From: Candidatus Thermofontivivens primus
Lineage (GTDB): Bacteria; Sysuimicrobiota; Sysuimicrobiia; Sysuimicrobiales; Thermofontiviventaceae
Direction: 5' to 3'
Assembly (NCBI GenBank): GCA_031458695.1
Contig: JAVKJW010000005.1
Coordinates: 1 to 64,000 of the forward strand
Length of the DNA: 64,000 bases
Part shown: one piece after another, positions 49,290 to 57,555 of the stretch
How positions within the stretch are numbered: position 1 is the stretch's first letter
Layout of the letters: the number at the start of each line of letters is the position of its first letter
Translations under genes and position numbers: made by a program
Notes under the pieces: model-generated
What the model was told of the DNA's origin: nothing
Database searches by the model: none
What the model saw: only the letters and a program-made list of their open reading frames with translations

Positions 49290-50734
49290 TGGGGGCAATG
49301 GCCAGGGGAGGGCCCATGGACCCGAAGGCCTCGCTCCGTCAGCTCCCCCAGGTTGAGCGTGTCCTCGCCCATCTGGACGCCGAGGGGTATCTTCTCCGCT
49401 ATCCCCGCGCGCTGGTTGTGGCTTGTGTCCGAGAGGTGCTAGAAAAGAAGCGCCAGATCCTCATGAGGGAAGATCTCCCCACCGTAGATGTCTCCATAGA
49501 GGCCATCCTCCGCGAGGCCCGTGCTCTGATCGCACGAAAAAGCCTACCCTCTCTGCGAAGGGTGATCAATGCCACTGGAGTCATCCTCCACACCAATCTT
49601 GGTCGTGCACCCCTGAGCGAGGCCGCAAGGAGGGCGGTTGCAGAAATGTCCAGCTATTCCACCCTAGAAGTCGGCCTGGAGGGGCGGGGAAGAGGCTCTC
49701 GGCATGCCCACATCGAGTCCCTTCTTGTCCAGGTGACTGGGGCAGAGGCAGGGTTTGCTGTGAACAACAACGCCGCAGCTGTCCTTCTTGTCCTGACGGC
49801 CCTTGCCCAGGGGAAGGAGGTCGTTGTGTCCCGGGGAGAGCTCGTGGAGATCGGAGGGACCTTCCGGATGCCCGATGTCATGGCGGCAAGCGGGGCCAAG
49901 CTCGTGGAGGTGGGAACGACAAACAAGACCTACGTGTGGGATTATGAGCGTGCCATTACCTCCCAAACGGCCCTTCTCCTGAAGGTTCACCGAAGCAACT
50001 TCACTCTCCGGGGATTTGTGCATGAGACCGCCCTCCCAGAGCTCGTCCAACTCGGGAGGCGCGCGGGTATCCCAGTGATGTACGATCTCGGTAGCGGTGC
50101 CCTCCTGGACCTTGGCCGCCGTGGTCTACCCCAGGAACCAACTGTTGGGGAGGCGGTAAAAGCAGGGGTGGATGTGGTGACCTTCAGCGGGGACAAGCTC
50201 TTGGGAGGTCCCCAGGCAGGCTTGATCGTTGGCCGGAAAGAAGTCCTCAGGCGGATCCAATCCCATCCCCTTGCCCGAGCCTTGCGCATCGACAAGCTCA
50301 ACCTTGCTGCTCTCGTAGCAACCCTTCGCCACTACCTTGATCCCGAACGTGCGTGGCAAGAAGTACCCGTCCTACGCATGCTGTCGGCTCCCCAGGAGGA
50401 ACTGGAAAGGCGGGCTCGCCAGCTTTGTGGAAGATTAGAGGAGATCCTCAGGGGAACTGCAGAGACGACTGTGGTAGAGACGGCCGCTGAGGCCGGCGGG
50501 GGCTCCCTCCCTGAAGCCCATCTTCCCTCCTATGCGGTGGCCATCCGTCCCCTTACCGAACCCGTGGAAAAATGGGATCAAAGGTTGCGCTCCCTTCCCC
50601 TCCCCCTCATCGGGGTGATTCGGGAGGATGCCCTCCTCCTTGATGTTCGTACACTTCTCCCCGGTGAGGAGGAGGAAGTGGTCGAGGTATTTCGAACCCT
50701 CCTTACCCCGGATACACGAGAAATCATCACGTGA
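49289..50734 (+). CDS. selA: L-seryl-tRNA(Sec) selenium transferase
   Basis: [57 protein letters not shown]. Alternative start at 49316. Confidence 0.97.
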   Translation: MGAMARGGPMDPKASLRQLPQVERVLAHLDAEGYLLRYPRALVVACVREVLEKKRQILMREDLPTVDVSIEAILREARALIARKSLPSLRRVINATGVILHTNLGRAPLSEAARRAVAEMSSYSTLEVGLEGRGRGSRHAHIESLLVQVTGAEAGFAVNNNAAAVLLVLTALAQGKEVVVSRGELVEIGGTFRMPDVMAASGAKLVEVGTTNKTYVWDYERAITSQTALLLKVHRSNFTLRGFVHETALPELVQLGRRAGIPVMYDLGSGALLDLGRRGLPQEPTVGEAVKAGVDVVTFSGDKLLGGPQAGLIVGRKEVLRRIQSHPLARALRIDKLNLAALVATLRHYLDPERAWQEVPVLRMLSAPQEELERRARQLCGRLEEILRGTAETTVVETAAEAGGGSLPEAHLPSYAVAIRPLTEPVEKWDQRLRSLPLPLIGVIREDALLLDVRTLLPGEEEEVVEVFRTLLTPDTREIIT

Positions 50735-50741
50735 AACGGCT

Positions 50742-52688
50742 ATGCGGCAGTTCGTCATTGGTACGGCAGGCCACATCGACCACGGCAAGAGTGCCCTCGT
50801 GAAAGCTCTTACCGGCATGGACCCCGATCGGCTAGAAGAAGAAAAGCGACGGGGGATGACCATTGATCTTGGGTTTGCTTATCTTGACCTCCCAAGCGGG
50901 CGAAGGGTTGGGATCGTGGATGTCCCTGGACACGAGAGACTCATCCGGACGATGCTTGCCGGTGCGACTGGGATCGATCTTGTCCTTTTGGTCGTGGCAA
51001 GCGACGAGGGAGTGATGCCCCAAACGCGGGAACACTTGGACATCCTGCGTTTCCTGCACCCGAGCTGTGGCGTCGTGGTGCTCACTAAGATCGACCTCGT
51101 TGAAGATCATGCTTGGCTCGCCCTCGTCCAAGAAGAAGTTGCTCAGCTGGTGGAGGGGACCTTCCTGCAAGGAATGCCGGTTATCCCTGTCTCCGCCAAG
51201 ACCGGGGAAGGCCTCGACGTGCTCATACGAACCATCGATAAGCTTCTCGACGAGATCCCTCTACACCCCCAGGAGGGCCCTGTCCGTCTCCCTGTAGACA
51301 GGAGTTTCGTCATGCCTGGATTTGGGACTGTGGTCACAGGGACGCTCTGGAGCGGGCGGATCCGGCCGGGAGACGTTCTGGAACTGCTTCCGTCAGGGAA
51401 AGAGGTGCGTGTTCGAGGCATCCAGAGTTATGGGCAGTGGGTGGAGGAGGGAATCGCCGGGACCCGTGTTGCCCTGAACCTCGCGGGAATCTCCAGGGAG
51501 GAGGTCCAACGAGGGGACGTCCTTGTCACCCCTCAAGCCTTTACCCCTGCGACGCTCCTCGACGTGCGCGTCGAGCTTCTTCCTCAAGCACCGCCCGTTG
51601 CCCATATGACCCGCCTGCGCTTCTACCTGGGGACAGCAGAGGCGTTTGGTCGGCTTGCCCTTCTGGACCGGGAGGTCCTTGGTCCCGGGGAGAGCGCTGT
51701 TGGCCAGGTCCGGCTGGAAACCCCTGTTGTGGCAGCACGCGGGGATCCATTTGTCCTTCGACGCTACTCCCCCCTCCAGACCATCGGTGGGGGAAAGGTA
51801 ATCTCCTCCGCTCTCGCGAAGCGCAGGCGAGGGGATTCCTGCGCTCTGGCAGAAATCCTCGCCCTGGAACGAATGGGTGAAGATGAGCTTGCCGAGAGGT
51901 TCACCTGGGAAGCAGGGTATAGGGGGATCACAATGGAAGAACTCTCCCAGCGCCTAGGACTCGCCCTGCCCACGGTCTACGAACTCATCCAGAAAATGTC
52001 CAGCGCGGGGTCAGCGATCCTCCTTGGGAGCAGGATCTTCCATTCGAAGGTTTTGGAAGACCTCAAGGAGGCGATCCTCTCGGCGCTCGCCAGCTACCAC
52101 AGCGAGGCTGCATGGCGAGTGGGGATGCCCCGGGAAGAACTCAAGAAAAGGGTGTTTCGGGGTGGGGATGACCGCCTCTTTTCCCATGCGTTGGAGGACC
52201 TCCAACGGGAAGATCCCCTGGGAGGGCTCTCTGGGGAACCCTCCCAGGGAAAGGTGGCACTTAAAGGTTCGTTGGTCCGCCTCGAGGGTCATCGCCCGGT
52301 GAGAACAGAAGTGGAGGAGAGGTGCCTCCAGCACCTTCTCCGCATCTACGCCGAAGGTCGCTTCACGCCTCCTTCCAAGGAGGAGGCCTTTGCGCTCCTC
52401 CCAGAAGATCGGGCCGTCCTAGAACGCATGTACCAAGCTGCCTTGGACGAGGGCCTCCTTGTCGAAGTCAGACCTGGCATGGCATTCTCCCACCAAGCCC
52501 TGGAGGAGATGAAGATCATCGTCCTCCGGCATATCCAGGAGCATGGAGGGATCACCGTAGGAAACCTCCGTGATCTCCTTGCAACCAGCCGGAGGTATGC
52601 CCTCGCCGTTCTGGAACATTTCGATGCCTTAGGCCTCACGAGGCGCGTAGGAGATCGGCGGATTGCTGCCCACCGTTGGTTGGAGTAA
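50742..52688 (+). CDS. selB: Selenocysteine-specific elongation factor
   Basis: [33 protein letters not shown]-terminal winged helix [19 protein letters not shown]. Confidence 0.97.
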   Translation: MRQFVIGTAGHIDHGKSALVKALTGMDPDRLEEEKRRGMTIDLGFAYLDLPSGRRVGIVDVPGHERLIRTMLAGATGIDLVLLVVASDEGVMPQTREHLDILRFLHPSCGVVVLTKIDLVEDHAWLALVQEEVAQLVEGTFLQGMPVIPVSAKTGEGLDVLIRTIDKLLDEIPLHPQEGPVRLPVDRSFVMPGFGTVVTGTLWSGRIRPGDVLELLPSGKEVRVRGIQSYGQWVEEGIAGTRVALNLAGISREEVQRGDVLVTPQAFTPATLLDVRVELLPQAPPVAHMTRLRFYLGTAEAFGRLALLDREVLGPGESAVGQVRLETPVVAARGDPFVLRRYSPLQTIGGGKVISSALAKRRRGDSCALAEILALERMGEDELAERFTWEAGYRGITMEELSQRLGLALPTVYELIQKMSSAGSAILLGSRIFHSKVLEDLKEAILSALASYHSEAAWRVGMPREELKKRVFRGGDDRLFSHALEDLQREDPLGGLSGEPSQGKVALKGSLVRLEGHRPVRTEVEERCLQHLLRIYAEGRFTPPSKEEAFALLPEDRAVLERMYQAALDEGLLVEVRPGMAFSHQALEEMKIIVLRHIQEHGGITVGNLRDLLATSRRYALAVLEHFDALGLTRRVGDRRIAAHRWLE

Positions 52689-52711
52689 ATTCCGCTGGTT
52701 TTTCCAGAAGC

Positions 52712-52740
52712 CCAGCAAAACTCGATCAAGATTTTGCTGG
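52712..52740. terminator. Hairpin between convergent selB and the small basic protein gene
   Basis: CCAGCAAAA (52712-20) / TTTTGCTGG (52732-40) inverted repeat. Confidence 0.5.
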
Positions 52741-53058
52741 CTACTCAGTGGGCTTTTCCTCTGGAGCCGCTTTCGGCCGTGCAACCCTCGGGCGTGCCCT
52801 GCGTACAGCACGCCTGCGCACTGCTCTCCTCCCCCTCACAGCCCGTCGGCGTGCGACGCGTCGGACTGGTGCAAGCAAGGATCGACCTTTCGTTAAAGCG
52901 CCGTGGTAGCGCGTCGCATCTTGCGAAACTTGCTTCAAACGTTGAATGAGCGTTGCAAGTGCCTCTGCATTGTTCTCTAACCAGAACCTTCGGATGGACA
53001 TCTCAATTGCCACAAGGGAGTTCTCAAGCTCTTTATCAACGACTTTTGCACGTGCCAT
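52741..53058 (-). CDS. Hypothetical small basic protein with Arg-rich repetitive tail
   Basis: Strong SD AGGAGGTGA 6 nt before ATG; helical N-terminal part; RRAV repeats. Confidence 0.78.
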   Translation of the reverse strand: MARAKVVDKELENSLVAIEMSIRRFWLENNAEALATLIQRLKQVSQDATRYHGALTKGRSLLAPVRRVARRRAVRGRRAVRRRAVRRARPRVARPKAAPEEKPTE

Positions 53059-53332
53059 ACTCTGTCACCTCCTGTGATTTTCTTTCTCCAAAACGCTCCC
53101 CCTTTCCTCGTGCTTCTCCAAAAAACAGATTAACACCGAATACTGCTTCCTACAATCCAAGCGGATCATCGTCCATCAAAGAGTTGGTAAATGTCCGGGC
53201 ATATATTTTGATAAATTTGCCGTGTTGCGTCGATCATGGAAAGGAACGGATGGTTTTGTGAGTATCAAGAAGGGGTCAAACGTCATGAAGAAGAATGACA
53301 CTCACAAGAGTTGCTGAGCGGAGGGAGGGACG

Positions 53333-54970
53333 ATGCCCTATCGGATGGGCGCACACAGCTTGGCGAAGGCTTTCAGGAGAGAGGGAGTGGATTGTATCTT
53401 TACCCTCTGTGGAGGACACATCATGCCGATCTACGAGGCGTGCCTGGACGAGGGGATCCGTATCATCGACGTGCGCCATGAACAAGCTGCTGCGTTCGCG
53501 GCAGATGCCTGGGGGCGGATGAAGCGTCGGCCTGGCGTTGCGGTGGTCACTGCAGGGCCTGGGATCACGAATACCGTCACAGCCGTTGCCAACGCATTCA
53601 AGGCAGGAACGCCGCTGGTCGTGATCGGCGGACAGGCCCCTCTCCTCCGTCTAGGGAAGGGAGATCTCCAAGAACTCGATGCGTTGAGCATCCTGCGACC
53701 AATCACCTGTTGGGCCGCTCGCGCATGGACCGCTAACCGCCTTGCGGAGATGACCCACACCGCCTTTCACGAGGCAATGTCCAGGCGCGGGCCGGTTTTC
53801 CTGGAGGTCCCCATGGATGTCCTCCTCGAACCCGCCGGCGAGGAATCCCCCCAAATGCGACCAGGCCCCATGCAGCTCCATGGAGAGCCCTCCAAGGTGA
53901 AGGAGGCTGCCCAGCTCTTAGCGACCGCGGAGCGGCCTGTCCTCATGGGAGGGAGTGACCTCTGGTGGTCGGGAGCGGAGGAAAGCCTTATGCGCTTTCT
54001 CGAGGTCCTTCCCTTGCCTGTCTACCTTAACGCAATGGGGCGGGGGATGCTTCCACCCGACCATCCCTGCTTCTTTGCCCTTTCCAGAGGGTGGGCACTG
54101 CGGGAAGCCGATGTCGTCCTTCTCATCGGGACCCCCATGGACTTCCGGTTAAATTTCGGGCGGGCCTTTGGAGAGAAAGCGAAAATCGTCCAGGTGGATC
54201 GAAATCCTGGGAACATTGGACAGAATCGGGAGGTTACCATTGGAATCTGGTCGGACGCACGCCCTTTCCTGGAGCTTGTAGCAGAGGAGATCGCTGCGAT
54301 CCCCCACCGTCGGAGCTCCCGCTCCTGGGTAGAGGCTGTCCGGCAGATCGAGCAACAACGACGGCAGGAACGGATCCCTCTCGAGGAATCCGAAGCAATC
54401 CCCATTCATCCACTTCGCCTGGCCAGGGAGCTTGCAGATGTTTGTAGTGAAAACACGATCTTTGTCGGGGATGGCGGAGATGTGGTGTCGATCGCGGCGA
54501 CGATCATTCACCCGTACCGGCCAGGGCATTGGCTTGATCCGGGGCCGATGGGCACCCTTGGGATGGGCGTTCCTTTTGCTCTCGCGAGTAAGCTGGCCTA
54601 TCCGGAGAAAGAAGTGATTGCGCTCTTTGGCGATGGGGCTATCGGGTTCTCCATCATGGAGTACGATACCGCCGTGCGCCATGGAATTCCCTTCATTGGG
54701 ATTGTCGGCAACAACGGGCAGTGGGCGCAGATCCGGTATGGCCAGGTTAGCATGTTCGGGGAAGAGCGTGCCGTCGCTACGAAGCTGCGAGTGGCGCGAT
54801 ATGAGCAGGTCGTGGAGGCATTGGGGGGCTATGGGGAGTACATTGAAGATCCGCGGGAGATCCGGCCTGCCCTCGAGCGCGCACGAGCATCGGGAAAGCC
54901 GGCGCTCCTCAACGTCCGGCTGGATGAGACGTACTACAGTGACGCGACAAAACGCCTCTATAAGCTCTGA
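53333..54970 (+). CDS. Thiamine pyrophosphate-binding enzyme (acetolactate synthase / 2-hydroxyacyl-CoA lyase-like)
   Basis: FTLCGGHI, DVRHEQAAAFAA, TAGPG, DPGPMGTLGMG, GDGAIGF...GNN. Confidence 0.9.
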   Translation: MPYRMGAHSLAKAFRREGVDCIFTLCGGHIMPIYEACLDEGIRIIDVRHEQAAAFAADAWGRMKRRPGVAVVTAGPGITNTVTAVANAFKAGTPLVVIGGQAPLLRLGKGDLQELDALSILRPITCWAARAWTANRLAEMTHTAFHEAMSRRGPVFLEVPMDVLLEPAGEESPQMRPGPMQLHGEPSKVKEAAQLLATAERPVLMGGSDLWWSGAEESLMRFLEVLPLPVYLNAMGRGMLPPDHPCFFALSRGWALREADVVLLIGTPMDFRLNFGRAFGEKAKIVQVDRNPGNIGQNREVTIGIWSDARPFLELVAEEIAAIPHRRSSRSWVEAVRQIEQQRRQERIPLEESEAIPIHPLRLARELADVCSENTIFVGDGGDVVSIAATIIHPYRPGHWLDPGPMGTLGMGVPFALASKLAYPEKEVIALFGDGAIGFSIMEYDTAVRHGIPFIGIVGNNGQWAQIRYGQVSMFGEERAVATKLRVARYEQVVEALGGYGEYIEDPREIRPALERARASGKPALLNVRLDETYYSDATKRLYKL

Positions 54971-54998
54971 GAAATGTGATCCCAATCGAAGGATCGCC

Positions 54999-55093
54999 GG
55001 AGGGGGATGGGGCCTGGTGGTCCTCCTGGTCTTCAAAACCAGTGACGAGCCTGGATGGCCCGTGGTGGGTTCGATTCCCACACCCCTCCGCCA
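54999..55093 (+). tRNA. selC: tRNA-Sec (anticodon TCA)
   Basis: 95 nt. Acceptor GGAGGGG/CCCCTCC, anticodon arm CTGGT-CTTCAAA-ACCAG, long variable arm, T-arm GTGGG-TTCGATT-CCCAC, encoded GCCA end. Near selAB. Confidence 0.96.
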
Positions 55094-55142
55094 GAGGGTC
55101 TCTGCGCACCTTTGCTGAAAAATTTTGCTGAGGAGTGATCGC

Positions 55143-55619
55143 ATGGACGAGATGGCCATTCAAGACTTCTATCCTGACGAGCTGAACTATTGCTATGGGT
55201 GTGGCCAGCTCAACGCGGATGGCCTGAAGCTAAGGAGTTTCTGGATAGGGGAGGAGGCGGTCGCCCAATTCACGCCTCGTTCCTACCACACCGCCATCCC
55301 TGGCTACGTCTACGGGGGGCTCATTGCTTCCTTGATCGATTGCCACAGTACAGCGACCGCTGCCGCGGCGAGCTACCAAGCAGAAGGACGGGAGATGGGG
55401 ACGGAGCCACCATTTCGATTCGTCACAGCATCGCTCCACGTGGACTATCTCCGCCCTGTTCCCATGGGTGTAGTGCTGGAGATCCGGGGACGGGTGAAAG
55501 AACTCAAGGGACGGAAGGCTGTTGTACAATCCGAGGTGTTCGCCAATGACGAGGTTTGCGCCCGCGGGGAAGTGGTTGTAGTGCAGCTCCCCGAGCACAT
55601 GGTCCCGAAGAAATCTTAA
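55143..55619 (+). CDS. PaaI family (hotdog-fold) thioesterase
   Basis: CYGCG..N..GL, PGYVYGGLIASLIDCH, VTASLHVDYLRPVP. Confidence 0.9.
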   Translation: MDEMAIQDFYPDELNYCYGCGQLNADGLKLRSFWIGEEAVAQFTPRSYHTAIPGYVYGGLIASLIDCHSTATAAAASYQAEGREMGTEPPFRFVTASLHVDYLRPVPMGVVLEIRGRVKELKGRKAVVQSEVFANDEVCARGEVVVVQLPEHMVPKKS

Positions 55620-55733
55620 CCTGCAGTACCCCGAAAAACCTCTTTTGGCTTTGGCCAGCCTCTTCTTCCACAGGGTCCTGATCAAGATACCCGCATTCGT
55701 GGGAACAGGAAGCAGGAAGCGCTTCGCATCGCC

Positions 55734-56459
55734 CTACTGCGCTTTTCGTTCCTTGAGCAAGCGAAGTAGGGGAATTTCCTTGAGCAGCTTCTCGCTGATG
55801 TATTGCCAGAGGATGCCAGGAGGGCGTGGTCTGGAGGTCCGGGTTTCAATGACCTGGGTAGGAGTCACGATCCAATCGACGGGCACATCGTAGGGATCAA
55901 GGTCGATCTCTTCCACTACTTGGACATCGTGTACCGTCGTCACGATGGGCGTCCGCTCGTCGACAAGACCAAGCTCGCATAGGATGGCAAATTCTAGCTC
56001 GCTGTAGCCTTCCCCTTTGCCAATCCGCGCCCCATCGGGCGTCACAGCCACCGAGCCGACCACGATGAGGTACGGCCGAGGGAGGTTGTCAAGTCCTGCC
56101 TCCTTTCCGTAGTGGAATGCACCTTTGATCGTTGCAGCTTCCTCGAGCCTGGGCTGGGGGATCTCCCGGGGATCCAGGATCAGGAACCCAGACCGTAGAC
56201 GGGGTGCTGGCATGAGCACTTCCTTCCCTGCTCGCAGGGCCAACCGACGTATCGGAAGTTGCGGGGCGTCTGGATTGACCTTCACGCGTGTGGCTTTTCG
56301 AAAGATGTCAAGCTCTGCAAGGCGCCGTGCAGCTTCTTCTGCCCCAGCGAAGTTAGGAATGCGGCCATAGACAGGGCGAGGGAAACGGGCGATCCCCTCC
56401 CGCTCCATCCGGCTCCAGATACGCCTGCGGATGTCCTCCTTAGACGCCATCAGGAACAT
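55734..56459 (-). CDS. 5-formyltetrahydrofolate cyclo-ligase-like protein (MTHFSD/COG0212 type)
   Basis: RFPRPVYGRIPNFAGA, KVNPDAPQ, VGSVAV, RIGKGEGYSELE, DVPVDWIVTP. Start placed after GGAGG. Confidence 0.88.
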   Translation of the reverse strand: MFLMASKEDIRRRIWSRMEREGIARFPRPVYGRIPNFAGAEEAARRLAELDIFRKATRVKVNPDAPQLPIRRLALRAGKEVLMPAPRLRSGFLILDPREIPQPRLEEAATIKGAFHYGKEAGLDNLPRPYLIVVGSVAVTPDGARIGKGEGYSELEFAILCELGLVDERTPIVTTVHDVQVVEEIDLDPYDVPVDWIVTPTQVIETRTSRPRPPGILWQYISEKLLKEIPLLRLLKERKAQ

Positions 56460-56511
56460 GGTTCGGCCTCCACTCCTGCGTTCCTCCAGCGGGCTCTCTC
56501 CAGTTCCGCGT

Positions 56512-56748
56512 TTACCCATCCAGGAGCTCGAAGACGCTGGAAAAGACACTGGGCTTGTAGGGGTAGCCACAGAGCGTGCAGGTTCCAGTGGCATCCCGCA
56601 GGACCATACCGCAAGCAGGACAGTTGGTGAGGAGGGGAACGCCACAGACGGGACAGAAATCGGGGAACCCACGAGGGTCACTCGCACTCCATGTGAACGC
56701 GCACGCTGGATCAGGACATACAGCAAAGAACTCGAGTGACCTCGCCAT
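56512..56748 (-). CDS. Double zinc-ribbon small protein
   Basis: Eight Cys in four knuckles: CPDPAC, CPVCG, CPACG, CTLCG. Confidence 0.75.
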   Translation of the reverse strand: MARSLEFFAVCPDPACAFTWSASDPRGFPDFCPVCGVPLLTNCPACGMVLRDATGTCTLCGYPYKPSVFSSVFELLDG

Positions 56749-56949
56749 CTCTTACCCCATGACAAACTCCGAGTGGAAGGACCTCCTCCTTTGCATACAA
56801 TCGGCCCTTGAACCACCGACTTGAACCTCCTGCGCATCACTCCATCCCCTTTCTCTATGGGGGATCCCCAGGGATTTTAACCAATATCCGTTCATGTCGT
56901 GTGGTGTTCGTCCGATCATTATGAGATGAGAACACCGGAGGATGGGGGA

Positions 56950-57432
56950 ATGGCAAGGTACAGGAGTCGCCTCCCAGTTAAGGAATTCCAAGTCATCCAC
57001 CGGTTCTGCCTGCACAAACCGGGGAATGTCCGGCGATTCCTGGGCCTCTCCTCCCGGGAGGCGCACGAGCTCAGTGGCCTCGCTCTCGCCGGGGTCGTGA
57101 ACACCTCGGATGAGGTCATCTATATTGACCACTGCTTGAGTGAACCTGAGAAAGAATTCACAGAAATCCACGAGCTCGTGCACGCGCGGCGCCAGATAAA
57201 CGGGGAGGAGCTCCAGGATTACGATCTTGAGGAGATCTACGTGGAGCTGGAGACGATCGCCCGCACCCGTAGGCCTACGTTGTTGAGCCTTTTCCCGAAT
57301 ACCCTCCTCATTCTCCTCCACGACTACCTTACCGAAAGGGGCCGCCTGAAACCGGATCGGAAGCAAGATCTTGCCAAGATTTACAGGAAGATCGAGGCTC
57401 TCATTGCCCTCATGTGCCCTGGGCGTTCCTAA
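56950..57432 (+). CDS. Hypothetical zincin (HExxH) metallopeptidase, ImmA/IrrE-like
   Basis: IYIDHCLSEPEKEFTEIHELVH followed by EEIYVE; ATG after GGAGGATGGGGG. Confidence 0.65.
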   Translation: MARYRSRLPVKEFQVIHRFCLHKPGNVRRFLGLSSREAHELSGLALAGVVNTSDEVIYIDHCLSEPEKEFTEIHELVHARRQINGEELQDYDLEEIYVELETIARTRRPTLLSLFPNTLLILLHDYLTERGRLKPDRKQDLAKIYRKIEALIALMCPGRS

Positions 57433-57536
57433 GGTGGGCCAAAGGATCTATAGGCTTCTTCCTTTCCCCTTTGTAAAACTAGTTTCCACCGGAGCCTTGC
57501 TGCCAAAAGATTTGGCTGGGGTTCCATTGTTTGTTA

Positions 57537-57545
57537 TGGTATAAT
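57537..57545 (+). promoter_or_regulatory. Extended -10 promoter element for miaB
   Basis: TG-G-TATAAT ending 10 nt before the miaB ATG; no good -35. Confidence 0.5.
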
Positions 57546-57555
57546 TTGGGAAGCT

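Noticed and set aside
53184..53222. Imperfect repeat TTG(G/A)TAAAT(G/T)T in the AT-rich divergent spacer
   Set aside because: It is short and degenerate within AT-rich DNA, so it cannot be distinguished from chance without comparative data.
56454..56465. GAAC-ATG-GTTC as a second LexA box
   Set aside because: The spacer is 3 nt rather than 4 and it overlaps a start codon; likely chance.
56460..56840. N-terminal extension of the 368-aa ORF 55734-56840
   Set aside because: Family similarity begins at MFLMASKE, which has its own SD, and the extension overlaps a more credible zinc-ribbon gene in another frame.
56749..56949. 6S RNA next to the cyclo-ligase-like gene
   Set aside because: No long rod with a central bubble was evident, and the gene is the MTHFSD-type paralog rather than ygfA.
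55060..57450. Genomic island integrated at selC
   Set aside because: There is no integrase, I found no duplicate of the tRNA 3' end by eye, and composition resembles the flanks.
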